A stretch of DNA of 64,000 nucleotides from an uncultured Chitinophagales bacterium (GTDB lineage: Bacteria; Bacteroidota; Rhodothermia; Balneolales; CAYWCV01): assembly GCA_964456845.1 (NCBI GenBank), contig CAYWCV010000006.1, forward strand, positions 4,093-68,092, read 5' to 3'. Position 1 is the first letter of the stretch. Each line of letters begins with the position of its first letter. A model generated the notes under the pieces. It worked only from the letters and a program-made list of their open reading frames with translations, was not told where the DNA came from and made no database searches. Position numbers and translations under genes: made by a program. This document shows positions 27,589 to 37,200 of the stretch, in pieces.

Positions 27589-28388
27589 TGTTCACACTTA
27601 TTGCCGGTCTGGCGATGGCCCTGATCATCGGTATAACACTTGGCTTGATTGGCGGAGGAGGTTCAATCCTCACTGTACCTGTCTTCGTCTACATCATGGG
27701 CATACCTCCGGTTGAGGCAACGGCCTATTCGTTGTTCGTGGTGGGCGCAACTTCAGCTGCTGGGGCATTTGGCTACCAGAAGCAGGGACTGATCGCCTGG
27801 AAAGATGGGCTCATCTTTGCGATCCCATCGCTGATAGCGGTATTTATCGTCCGTTCGGCGGTGATCCCTGCCATCCCTGACACACTCGGTGGCATTGTCG
27901 GTCTGTCATTTTCGAAAGATTTGTTCATCATGGTGCTGTTTGCCATCATCATGGCCATGGCTTCGATCACCATGATCAAAGACGGCGTTCAGGTGAAGCC
28001 CAATCCGGACATGAGCCCGATCAAAAAGGCAATCATCATCATGCTGGAGGGCTTTGGCGTCGGTGCCGTCACAGGCCTTGTCGGTGCCGGCGGCGGGTTC
28101 CTCATCATCCCGGCCTTGGTCATACTGATGGGCATGGACATGAAAATGGCCGTTGGCACCTCCCTCATGATCATTGCGGTGAAATCACTGATCGGGTTTA
28201 CGGGCGACGTGATTTCGTTGCCTAGCATCGACTGGGCGCTGATACTTCAGTTCACGGCATTGTCTTTGGTAGGCGTGTGGTTCGGCCTGAGGATATCCAA
28301 GCGCATTCCGGGGCAAAAACTCAAAAAAGCATTCGGCTACTTCGTGGCCATCATGGCTGTTGCCATCCTACTCGCAGAACTTTTATAA
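27585..28388 (+). CDS. TauE/SafE-family sulfite/organosulfonate exporter
   Basis: It is a 267-aa multi-TM protein with GLIGGGGSILTVP and GAGGGFLIIPALV motifs. Its start overlaps the arsR stop (ATGA). Confidence 0.85.
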   Translation: MMFTLIAGLAMALIIGITLGLIGGGGSILTVPVFVYIMGIPPVEATAYSLFVVGATSAAGAFGYQKQGLIAWKDGLIFAIPSLIAVFIVRSAVIPAIPDTLGGIVGLSFSKDLFIMVLFAIIMAMASITMIKDGVQVKPNPDMSPIKKAIIIMLEGFGVGAVTGLVGAGGGFLIIPALVILMGMDMKMAVGTSLMIIAVKSLIGFTGDVISLPSIDWALILQFTALSLVGVWFGLRISKRIPGQKLKKAFGYFVAIMAVAILLAELL

Positions 28389-28421
28389 CTAACAACAAAC
28401 AAGCAAATCACAATTACTTCT

Positions 28422-29801
28422 ATGAGCACGAATTATCATATCTACCAATTTGAAGACAAGGGCTTGGCACACTACAGCTATGCCATCGTCAGTGACGGCA
28501 AAATGGCGCTGGTTGACCCTGCCCGCGACCCACAGCCTTACTATGACCATGCAAAACGCATGAACGCACAAATCGTGGCCGTGATTGAAACACACCCTCA
28601 CGCGGACTTTGTGAGCAGCCACTTGGAGATTTCAGCGACTACGGGTGCAAAGGTATATGTCAGCAAGCTCCTGGGAGCTGCATACGACCACGTGACCTTC
28701 GATGATGGCGACGTGCTGACATTGGGAAGCGTGGAGCTCCATTCCATGAACACACCCGGCCACTCACCCGACAGCATCAGTGTTTTGCTGATGGAGAACG
28801 GCAAGCAGAAAGCCCTCTTCTCGGGCGACACCCTGTTTGTGGGCGATGTCGGCCGTCCGGATCTGCGCGAGAAGGCAGGCAACATCACCGCCAAACGCGA
28901 GGAGCTTGCCCGCATGATGTACAACACGGTGCAGACGCGCCTCAAGCCCTTGGAAGACGACGTGGAAGTGTATCCTGCCCACGGTGCCGGCTCATTGTGC
29001 GGCAAGGCCCTGAGCAGTGCGGCATCGACCACCATCGGTGCCGAGCGCCTCACCAATTATGCCTTCCGCGACATGTCTGAGGAGGAGTTTGTGACGGAGC
29101 TGACATCCGAGCAGCCGCATATTCCGAAGTATTTTGGGAATTCTGTAGGTCTGAACAGGAACGGCGCCCCCTCATTTGAGGCCTCGGTGGCAGCAGTGAA
29201 GCGTCTTGGCCACATGACCGCCGAAGAAGCCGTTTCCAAACTAGGAAGCGACGCCGTCATCATCGATGTTCGTCCAGAGGTAGCGTTCAAGTCAGGCCAT
29301 ATCAAAGGCTCTCTGAACATACAGAACAACAGCAAATTTGACACATGGCTTGGCACCATTTTTGCGCCGTCCGATAGCTACTACCTTGCAGTGAGCAGTG
29401 CAGAGGAAGCAGAGCATGTGATTCGCCGTGCAGCCTTCATCGGATACGAGTCGGCCATTAAGGGTGTGTTTATCCTGGATGCTGCCGATGCCGACAACAC
29501 GTTGTCGCGCGCCGATTTGGATGCGCTGCTCGATTCACCCGAATCCTACACCATTGTAGATGTCCGTAATGAGAACGAGGCAGCTTCTGCACCCATGTTT
29601 GCGGGCGCCATCAACATTCCGCTGCACGAACTCCAGGATCGTATCGCTGAGATACCGCTCGACAAGCCGATCATGGTGCATTGTGCTGCCGGATACCGTT
29701 CAGCTGCAGGATCTTCGATCATCGCTCGCGCACTAGGCGACAACGTCGAAGTACATGACATTGGCGAGTCGATCAAGGACGTTCCCGTCATGACGGCCTG
29801 A
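28422..29801 (+). CDS. MBL-fold persulfide dioxygenase fused to rhodanese domains (Blh/CstB-like)
   Basis: The metallo-beta-lactamase motif ETHPHADF is present. The C-terminal rhodanese has the active-site loop HCAAGYRS. A middle rhodanese-like domain lacks the Cys. Confidence 0.85.
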   Translation: MSTNYHIYQFEDKGLAHYSYAIVSDGKMALVDPARDPQPYYDHAKRMNAQIVAVIETHPHADFVSSHLEISATTGAKVYVSKLLGAAYDHVTFDDGDVLTLGSVELHSMNTPGHSPDSISVLLMENGKQKALFSGDTLFVGDVGRPDLREKAGNITAKREELARMMYNTVQTRLKPLEDDVEVYPAHGAGSLCGKALSSAASTTIGAERLTNYAFRDMSEEEFVTELTSEQPHIPKYFGNSVGLNRNGAPSFEASVAAVKRLGHMTAEEAVSKLGSDAVIIDVRPEVAFKSGHIKGSLNIQNNSKFDTWLGTIFAPSDSYYLAVSSAEEAEHVIRRAAFIGYESAIKGVFILDAADADNTLSRADLDALLDSPESYTIVDVRNENEAASAPMFAGAINIPLHELQDRIAEIPLDKPIMVHCAAGYRSAAGSSIIARALGDNVEVHDIGESIKDVPVMTA

Positions 29802-29808
29802 TTAGTTC

Positions 29809-29886
29809 AGTAGTAGAGTAGTAAATACGAATACTACTCTACTACTATACCACTTTACCACTCTACCACTTTACTACTTTACTACT
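29809..29886. repeat. Perfect 15-bp hairpin followed by an octamer array (nTACYACT) of about 7 units
   Basis: The stem agtagtagagtagta (29809-29823) pairs with tactactctactact (29832-29846) around an 8-nt loop. The 3' arm continues as ataccact ttaccact ctaccact ttactact ttactact up to 5 nt before ATG 29892. Confidence 0.9.
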
Positions 29887-29891
29887 CTTCT

Positions 29892-30449
29892 ATGATTGAC
29901 TGGTTGTTTCAACCCTGGCCATGGTACGTCTCTGGCATTATCATTGGTGTCATGGTCCCGCTTTTGCTATGGATCGGTAACAAATCGCTGGGCATCTCGA
30001 GCTCCATGCGACACATGTGCGCGATTGCCGCACCGGCTAAGATCCCATTTTTCAGCTACGACTGGCGGCAGCACATCTGGAATCTGGTTTTTGTCGGCGG
30101 TTTATTTATCGGCGGCATCATCGGCGGTTACTTTCTCGGTGGCAACGGCGACGTGGCCATCAGCGAGGCTACAAAGGCCGACCTGCAGCAGTTGGGAATC
30201 ACCGACTTCTCTGGAATGATGCCAAAAGACCTGTTCGGAGTAGACGCCATATTCAGTTCGAAGGGATTGATTTTCCTCGTACTGGGTGGCTTCTTAGTCG
30301 GATTTGGAACACGCTACGCCGGCGGGTGCACCTCGGGGCACACCATCTTTGGTCTTGCTACGCTGCAATGGCCATCGCTGGTCGCCTCTATTAGCTTCTT
30401 CGTCGGAGGACTGTTGGTCACCCACTTAGTTCTGCCGTTTCTGTTGTAA
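29892..30449 (+). CDS. YeeE/YedE-family sulfur-compound transporter, N-terminal half protein
   Basis: The motif GGCTSGH is present in a 185-aa multi-TM protein. Confidence 0.8.
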   Translation: MIDWLFQPWPWYVSGIIIGVMVPLLLWIGNKSLGISSSMRHMCAIAAPAKIPFFSYDWRQHIWNLVFVGGLFIGGIIGGYFLGGNGDVAISEATKADLQQLGITDFSGMMPKDLFGVDAIFSSKGLIFLVLGGFLVGFGTRYAGGCTSGHTIFGLATLQWPSLVASISFFVGGLLVTHLVLPFLL

Positions 30450-30484
30450 ATCCATCCCTTTTTAACGTTTTAATCATATTAGAT

Positions 30485-30895
30485 ATGCGTAATGTCGCTT
30501 ATCTCCTGGCAGGCATTGTCTTCGGACTCGTGCTCATCAAGGGAGAAATTATTTCCTGGTTCAGAATTCAGGAGATGTTCCGGTTTCAGTCGTTCCACAT
30601 GTACGGAATCATCGGGACAGCCGTAGTGGTCGGATTGATCACAACGCGTTTGATGAAACTGACCAACGCCAAATCGATTGACGGCGAGTACATCAAACTG
30701 CAACCGAAGGAATTTAGCAAAGGGCTTATCTACGGTGGACTGATGTTCGGCTTCGGTTGGGCATTGACAGGCGCTTGCCCCGGTCCGATCTACACACAGA
30801 TCGGCGCGGGATACATCCCCATAGTGATTACCCTAATTAGTGCAATTGCTGGTACCTGGCTCTATGGGGCCATGCGTCAACGACTGCCGCACTGA
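30485..30895 (+). CDS. YeeE/YedE-family transporter, second half protein
   Basis: The motif LTGACPGP is present in a 136-aa protein that pairs with the preceding gene. Confidence 0.75.
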   Translation: MRNVAYLLAGIVFGLVLIKGEIISWFRIQEMFRFQSFHMYGIIGTAVVVGLITTRLMKLTNAKSIDGEYIKLQPKEFSKGLIYGGLMFGFGWALTGACPGPIYTQIGAGYIPIVITLISAIAGTWLYGAMRQRLPH

Positions 30896-30916
30896 TTTTC
30901 CTCAAGAGAGGGATGT

Positions 30917-30959
30917 GATGGCACTTGGTTTGCGCACGTGATGCGCAGCCAGTGCCATC
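30917..30959. terminator. Nested GC-rich hairpin at a convergent gene junction (possible bidirectional terminator)
   Basis: The outer stem gatggcac(t)tgg pairs with ccagtgccatc. The inner stem tgcgca/tgcgca encloses the loop cgtga. The flanking T/A tracts are weak. Confidence 0.4.
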
Positions 30960-30965
30960 CATTCT

Positions 30966-32867
30966 TTATGGCTGTTTTTTGGGTATGCTAAACGTAAAAA
31001 TGCTACCCTTGTCCAGTTCCGACTCGACTCGAATATTCCCGCCCAAATCGTCCAGAATCTTTTTAACAATGGCTAGGCCCATGCCTGTGCCGCTATATTC
31101 GTCCCTGCGGTGAAGCCGCTGGAAGATGATGAAGATCCTTTCGTGGTCTTTGGGGTCAATGCCAATACCATTGTCGGCCACCGAAAACTCCCACCGGTCG
31201 CCAAGTTCTTTGCCGTCAATATGAATGACGACATTGCAATTAGGCTTGACGTACTTCAGTGCATTTCCGACCAAATTCTGGAACACCTGAAGAATGGGTG
31301 ACCTAAATGTACTCAGCACTGGTAGTTCGGAAACATGGATGTGAGCCGACTTCTCCTCGATCTGCTTTCTGTGCAAGGCTAAAACATCTTTCATGACTTC
31401 GTTGAGATCGACGTTTTTCCGTTTGTCACTGTGTTTGCCGATCCTCGAAAAATCTAGCAGATCGAGAATGATGTGCCTCATTCGAACGGCACCGTCTCTT
31501 GCAAAGTGGATGTACTGACGGGCTTTGTCGTCGAACACGTTGCCATACTTCTTCTCAAGAAGGTTGAGGAAACTGGTGACCATGCGGAGTGGTTCCTGCA
31601 AATCGTGCGACGCGACGTATGCAAATTGTTCCAGCTCAGAATTGGAGATTTCGAGCTGCTTGTTGAGCTCCAACAACGATTCCTCATAGATTTTCCGGTA
31701 GGTGATGTCGGTGATGGCTCCAACAACCCGAATTACGTCACCGTCGGCATTACGTATAAAGATTGCCCGGTCTATTACAAAGGCGTATTCGCCGTCCGAT
31801 TTCCGAAATTTGTACTCCTCATACCAGTTCACACTCTTGCCGTCAGACATATACTCCTGAATGCGGGATCCTACTCTGTCACGATCATCAGGATGGATGA
31901 GCATGATCAGCTTTTCCAACGAAGGTTTAACGATGTCAGGGTCATGCCCAAATAGCGTGTAAAACCCAACGCCCCACCATAGTTGCTCTGAGGATACATC
32001 ATAATCCCAAATGGCGTCGTTCGTGGCCTCTGCGACCTTGTTGAAGCGTTCATTGGATTTCAGGAGCTCCTTGGTGGTCGACAAGTCTCTCAAGACACCT
32101 ATCATCCTTATAGGATTACCTTCGGAGTTGCGTATGAGGTGGCCAACCTCTTCGACGTGTATATAGCTTCCATCCGCTCGTAGTACCCTAGTCTCATTTA
32201 CCCAGCGTGTCTTTAGGGGGTCTGATAAAAAATCAACCCATTGTTGGTGATCCTTTTCGTAATCTGCCGGATGCTCCAGTTTTACCCAATCGGCCAGTGT
32301 GAACGGCTTCTGCAAATGGCTGTACCCCAGCAACCTGAAGAACCCGTCCCCCCAATGGAATACGTCGTTTACTACATCCCAGTCGTAGACGGCATTATTC
32401 GTGACCTTATTGATGTACTCATATAAGTCATAGGATTTTTCGTGCTGCTCCTGAATTTCGACAAGATCGGTTATGTCATGAAATATCCCGATCAGCTTTT
32501 GAGGTTTCCCGGTAGCGTCGTCAACTCTCTTGGCAACGGATCGAATGTGTTTTATCCGCCCATCTTTCGTGATGAATCGTTTTCGTATCGCATAATCATC
32601 GCCGCTGATGATGGTCTTGTTCATGGTTTCGATCGCCAAATCGCGATCGTCTGGGTGGATCAAGCCGATGGCCGCCTGAAAGTTGACTTCAAACTCGCCA
32701 GGCTCGTAACCCGCAATCCTAAAAACTCCCGCTGACCATGTCAAATCCTGACTTTCAAGGTCCAGTTCCCAATAACCGACCTTTGCCAACGACTCCGTTT
32801 GCTCCAAAAGTAGGTCTGCCCTACTAATTAGACCACTAAGATCTTTGTCAAATGGATGTTGACTCAT
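30966..32867 (-). CDS. Multi-PAS sensor histidine kinase
   Basis: The H-box is FAYVASHDLQEPLRMV. HATPase motifs are DNGIGI and GTGMGLAIVKKI. Repeated PAS units (IHPDDRD, W.W) fill the N-terminal 400 aa. Confidence 0.9.
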   Translation of the reverse strand: MSQHPFDKDLSGLISRADLLLEQTESLAKVGYWELDLESQDLTWSAGVFRIAGYEPGEFEVNFQAAIGLIHPDDRDLAIETMNKTIISGDDYAIRKRFITKDGRIKHIRSVAKRVDDATGKPQKLIGIFHDITDLVEIQEQHEKSYDLYEYINKVTNNAVYDWDVVNDVFHWGDGFFRLLGYSHLQKPFTLADWVKLEHPADYEKDHQQWVDFLSDPLKTRWVNETRVLRADGSYIHVEEVGHLIRNSEGNPIRMIGVLRDLSTTKELLKSNERFNKVAEATNDAIWDYDVSSEQLWWGVGFYTLFGHDPDIVKPSLEKLIMLIHPDDRDRVGSRIQEYMSDGKSVNWYEEYKFRKSDGEYAFVIDRAIFIRNADGDVIRVVGAITDITYRKIYEESLLELNKQLEISNSELEQFAYVASHDLQEPLRMVTSFLNLLEKKYGNVFDDKARQYIHFARDGAVRMRHIILDLLDFSRIGKHSDKRKNVDLNEVMKDVLALHRKQIEEKSAHIHVSELPVLSTFRSPILQVFQNLVGNALKYVKPNCNVVIHIDGKELGDRWEFSVADNGIGIDPKDHERIFIIFQRLHRRDEYSGTGMGLAIVKKILDDLGGNIRVESELDKGSIFTFSIPKKQP

Positions 32868-33008
32868 TGCTTGTCTCGCCTTGTACGTGTCATCCTAGTT
32901 GCAGTAAACAAATCCAGACCGTCATCCGTGACCAGATGCTCTAGCATTGGTAAGATGATTCCGATACGAAACGTTTCCTATCTGTTCTGTTATGCCTGAA
33001 AATGGTTG

Positions 33009-33500
33009 CTATTTACGTGATTTCCAAAAATCTTTATTTAGGGAGTATAGCTGATAATTAATCATTACTGCGTACAAGCCCCAAATAGCACGAGGTAACA
33101 AGAACACCCATCCGCTGATTTCGTTCAGATGAAGCGCAGTTATTAAGCCCCAAATCAGAATCAGTTCGGCGACAAAAGCGGCAAGTGCTATGAAGCAACG
33201 CTGATATTGGAAAAACAGACGGGACCATATTCCGCTCAGGAAAGCGGTTAAGAGGAACCAAGCTGTGAACAAGATCATTTCGGGGGCAACGGGGATGGTC
33301 AACAGATGAAACAGGGCGACGCTCTCTGAAATGTAAATGACGATAAAGACGACGTTGATCGTCAGATCCGAAACGGCATGGGAGGGTTTTTTTAGCCAGT
33401 TATACCACTCCTGGCCATATGATTTCCGGCTTGCCCCGACCAAGATGGGCAAGCCAAAACTAATGACGAAAGCGATCAAACCGGCCAGAATTGGATTCAT
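33009..33500 (-). CDS. TspO/MBR-like tryptophan-rich membrane protein (divergent)
   Basis: It is 163 aa with 5 TM segments. Partial TspO motifs are present: WYNWLKKPS, GIWSRLFF and LLPRAIWGLYAVMIN. Confidence 0.55.
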   Translation of the reverse strand: MNPILAGLIAFVISFGLPILVGASRKSYGQEWYNWLKKPSHAVSDLTINVVFIVIYISESVALFHLLTIPVAPEMILFTAWFLLTAFLSGIWSRLFFQYQRCFIALAAFVAELILIWGLITALHLNEISGWVFLLPRAIWGLYAVMINYQLYSLNKDFWKSRK

Positions 33501-33527
33501 TGATGCTGATGAAAGGCTATTCGTTAC

Positions 33528-34886
33528 CTAATTGGAGTCATGATGCACATTGATGTTCTTGGCCGAAGGCGACGTCACAAGTCTTACTTCATAAATCGTT
33601 GCGTCGGCACTTGTTTTGGCCGTTTCGTAGTTGAAGAAGGCATGTTTCATTGGGCTGCTTATTCCACCGTAAATATATCCAAGAACAGACCCATCCCTAC
33701 TGATGAGATCGAGGTCCATCGTACGTGTGCCCAGCATGTCACGCTCGAGATTTGGGATGAATTCGGCACCGCCTCCCGCGTACCCTGGCATTTCAACCGG
33801 AAGTGCCACCTCCACCCAGTTGCCGCTGGCATCGCGGGTGAGCCTGCTGATGGTCTTCACAAATGGAACCTGGTCGTCTTTCACCAGCTCACCACCCTCA
33901 AAATAGTGTTGGCTTATGCCGCCGAAGAAGATGTGGTGCATCACATCCGTTGAGCTGCTGTATAGCGATACTTTGGCGCTGTGGTAGTTGCTCAGGAGCT
34001 GGTTAAAACCCGTGATGGGTTTGTGACCGTCGGCCGTGATTTCAACCGGATACAGAAAAGGAAGGTCGACGTCTTTTTGAAAGACACCGGACGAAACGGT
34101 CAAGCCCTCCGTGCCGTCGGCAAACACTTGCGGCAGCAGGTTAAAATCTCTCCTCCTGAGGTGCTCTTCGTCTCGGATGGCGCCAAGATGCTCAATGGCA
34201 AGGGAACCGATCGATCCCGACAGGCGGAAGGTGCGAATTTCGTTCGAATATTCCTGGCGGAATCCCATGCCATGGTCAGGTCCGTGGGGATTGTAACGAC
34301 CATCGAACCGATGACCTCCGACTAGATAAAATACATCGCCCAGCTTGGCAAGCTGGCCACCGGTGAGCGCAAACGCCTCATCTTCGACTTGGGTAATATG
34401 CTGCTCCACCGGCCTACGTTCTTTAATGGCCTTGATGGCACCCGGCACGTCAATAACAGAAAGGTATGGGTAGGTCATATGACGGTTCTGCGATTTCGAA
34501 AATGCATACCCCCCCGTCACGACAAGTTGGTCGCCATCTTGGTAAAATTGCATGTTCGTAGACTGGAGCTGTTCACGTACGGTTTCCGGCAGTGAGTCCA
34601 CTGATGCCGACCATACCGTTTTTGAGGCAATTTCAATGACATACATTTTCGTGTTGTTGTTGGCGGCCGGAAATGAGCTGTGGCCTTGCCGTGCGTGGAT
34701 GCCTTCTGTTCTGCCACCAAATATCAGCCATTGCCCATCATGTTGAGCAAAAGCATACGATTGCAATCCGGGCACACCTTCAACTACCATAGGAACAAGT
34801 TCTACCGAAAAGTCGTCATTCACTTGTGCACATGCTACAGTCGAGAATTGAGCTACCAAAAACAGTGCAATGAATAGTCTCTTCAT
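33528..34886 (-). CDS. Secreted protein, probable Kelch-like beta-propeller
   Basis: The signal peptide is MKRLFIALFLVAQFSTVACA. Recurrent GG-containing blade-like motifs occur (IFGGRTEG, VVTGGYAF, YLVGGHRFDG, FFGGISQ). Confidence 0.45.
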   Translation of the reverse strand: MKRLFIALFLVAQFSTVACAQVNDDFSVELVPMVVEGVPGLQSYAFAQHDGQWLIFGGRTEGIHARQGHSSFPAANNNTKMYVIEIASKTVWSASVDSLPETVREQLQSTNMQFYQDGDQLVVTGGYAFSKSQNRHMTYPYLSVIDVPGAIKAIKERRPVEQHITQVEDEAFALTGGQLAKLGDVFYLVGGHRFDGRYNPHGPDHGMGFRQEYSNEIRTFRLSGSIGSLAIEHLGAIRDEEHLRRRDFNLLPQVFADGTEGLTVSSGVFQKDVDLPFLYPVEITADGHKPITGFNQLLSNYHSAKVSLYSSSTDVMHHIFFGGISQHYFEGGELVKDDQVPFVKTISRLTRDASGNWVEVALPVEMPGYAGGGAEFIPNLERDMLGTRTMDLDLISRDGSVLGYIYGGISSPMKHAFFNYETAKTSADATIYEVRLVTSPSAKNINVHHDSN

Positions 34887-34971
34887 AATTGGATCAGATA
34901 AATAGTTGAATAACAGTAATATAATGAGATACCACGTTCTATGGCGACCAATCCAAGCTGTTGATCATAAT

Positions 34972-35706
34972 TTATAGGCGACCAAACAAAGCGCTCAATC
35001 GGAGCACCCATACGCGCCACATGGCCTCCCACATGATCTTTCGCGACATTTTGGAGACACCCTCCTGCCGCTCTCGGAAAATGATCGACTGCTCAACGAG
35101 CTTAAATCCGGCCTTCCATGCCCTGAAATGGATTTCAATCTGGAAGGAATACCCGTTGCTTCGAAGTTTGCTGAGGTCGACAGCTTCCAGCACCCTTCGA
35201 TGGATACACTTGAACCCGGCAGTGGTGTCGTACACGGGAAGTCCTGTAACAATTCGCGCATACACATTGGCCGAGTAAGATAATATGAGACGAGAGAGCG
35301 GCCAGTTGATGATGCTGATACCCTTGCAATACCGTGAGCCGATCACCAAATCGGCATCCCCACTCCGAACCGTGTCGACAAGCCGGGGCACATCGTTGGG
35401 GTCGTGAGAGAAGTCGGCATCCATTTCGACCACCATCTGATAATCTCGTTCCAATGCCCAATTGAAACCGGCCGCATAAGCGGTACCAAGTCCCTGTTTG
35501 CCGGGGCGCTCCATAAGGTGCACCTGTCCGGACCAGCGACCCATGGCATCGCGCACCACAGATGCCGTGTCGTCTGGCGAGTTGTCGTCAACAACCAGCA
35601 CGTGGTAAGATTTTCCCAGACCCATAAGAACATCAATGATTCGACCGATGTTACCGGCCTCATTGTATGTTGGAATGATTATGAGGGTGTCAACCGAAGC
35701 CGTCAT
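34972..35706 (-). CDS. Polyprenol-phosphate mannosyltransferase (GT2, Dpm1-like)
   Basis: Motifs IIIPTYNE, VVDDNSPDDT and MDADFSHDP are present. The length is 244 aa. Confidence 0.85.
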   Translation of the reverse strand: MTASVDTLIIIPTYNEAGNIGRIIDVLMGLGKSYHVLVVDDNSPDDTASVVRDAMGRWSGQVHLMERPGKQGLGTAYAAGFNWALERDYQMVVEMDADFSHDPNDVPRLVDTVRSGDADLVIGSRYCKGISIINWPLSRLILSYSANVYARIVTGLPVYDTTAGFKCIHRRVLEAVDLSKLRSNGYSFQIEIHFRAWKAGFKLVEQSIIFRERQEGVSKMSRKIMWEAMWRVWVLRLSALFGRL

Positions 35707-37115
35707 TGTCCCTTCCCGGTAATCACAGTCATGATGGTGTTGAACAGGATCTTAAAATCCATTCGCAGCGACATGTTCTCAACGTAAAACAGGTCGTACT
35801 TCGTCTTTTCCTTAACATCCTCAAGGCTGGCGTCATACTTCCATTTAACTTGGGCCCAGCCGGTTATGCCGGGGCGCACATTCAGGCGACGCGTGTACAA
35901 GGGAATCTGTTTCTTGAATTGTTCGACGAAATGGGCGCGCTCAGGACGTGGACCCACAAAGCTCATTTCGCCTTTAAGCACGTTGAATAGTTGTGGGAGT
36001 TCATCGATTCTCGTCTTGCGCAGCCAGCGTCCCAAAGGTGTGATACGGGGGTCGTTTTCTTTGGCCCAAACGGGTCCAGTTGCCTTTTCGGCATCCGCAA
36101 CCATTGTTCGAAACTTGTACATCGTATAGGGTTTGCCGAACCGCCCGACACGTTCTTGGGCAAAAATGGCAGGTCCTTTACTGCTTAATCTTACTAAAAG
36201 CACCACGACTATGAGGATCGGCGCGGTAACGGCGAGAATGGCCAAAGAAAGCACGATATCGAACAGCCGCTTGGTTCCCTTTTCCCAGCTTGGCATCGGA
36301 TCGGGCATCACTTCGATAAGAGGAAGGCCAAAAATCTGGTTCGTTCGGTTCAGGCCGATAATCATCTGATAAAAATCGGGGAGGATCTTTACCGAAACAT
36401 CGGGGATGTCGATTTCTTCGATGACTTGGATGAGTTGTTGGTTCTGCCCAGGCTCCAATGCGACAATCACATCTCGGATGCCATTAGCCTGCAAAATGCG
36501 CGACAGGTCGCTGATGTTTCCTAAAATTTGCGCTTTCTCGACAACCTCGGTCTCGCTGGACTGATCGTTGGGCCTCAAATATCCCTCCACTTGCAAACCG
36601 GTAGTGCGGTTTCTGTGAATGTCTTCCACCACAGAAAGCGCCCTCTCACCTGTGCCCACCACAATCGCCTTATGTAGGCCGAGTCCCTTGAGCACGCGGT
36701 ATTTCTGCACCGACCGAATGATCAGGCGGTTTAGCGACACTGTGCCGAACGTTAGCAAGCCGTAAACAAGCATGTTCTTACGGTTGTTGTCGATTCGGGT
36801 GAGCCGGTTGGCATCCCACCCAATCTGGTCGACGAAAAGCAAAAAGAAGAGGAACAGCATTCCGACGAGTACGATTTTGCCGACACGAAGTACCTCGTCG
36901 AACCTTGAGATCATGTACAGATTTCGGTACAGGCCAAAGAAGACGAAAATCAGCACCCATACAGCCGACAAGATGATGCTGGGGAAAACCCACTCGATGC
37001 CAGTCGGCGCCATCTCGTCCCATCGCATCCTCCACAGGTTGAACAGCATGAGGGCCAAGAGGAAGGCGACAAAATCGCCCGACATCACGATCGCGATGTT
37101 CGCGAATTTCTTCAC
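35703..37115 (-). CDS. Polyprenyl glycosylphosphotransferase (WbaP-type large PGT)
   Basis: The C-terminal domain is KRLFDIVLSL...YKFRTM...IDELPQLFNVLKGEMSFVGPRP, preceded by an N-terminal 4-TM module. Its stop overlaps the start of the next gene by 4 nt. Confidence 0.9.
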   Translation of the reverse strand: MKKFANIAIVMSGDFVAFLLALMLFNLWRMRWDEMAPTGIEWVFPSIILSAVWVLIFVFFGLYRNLYMISRFDEVLRVGKIVLVGMLFLFFLLFVDQIGWDANRLTRIDNNRKNMLVYGLLTFGTVSLNRLIIRSVQKYRVLKGLGLHKAIVVGTGERALSVVEDIHRNRTTGLQVEGYLRPNDQSSETEVVEKAQILGNISDLSRILQANGIRDVIVALEPGQNQQLIQVIEEIDIPDVSVKILPDFYQMIIGLNRTNQIFGLPLIEVMPDPMPSWEKGTKRLFDIVLSLAILAVTAPILIVVVLLVRLSSKGPAIFAQERVGRFGKPYTMYKFRTMVADAEKATGPVWAKENDPRITPLGRWLRKTRIDELPQLFNVLKGEMSFVGPRPERAHFVEQFKKQIPLYTRRLNVRPGITGWAQVKWKYDASLEDVKEKTKYDLFYVENMSLRMDFKILFNTIMTVITGKGQ

Positions 37116-37200
37116 TAGTTAAGAGTTAGGTTCTATTTTGCCGATAACGTAACAAATCTTCTTAAATTAGGCTCTCCCGACCGAATTCGCAAAGATACAT

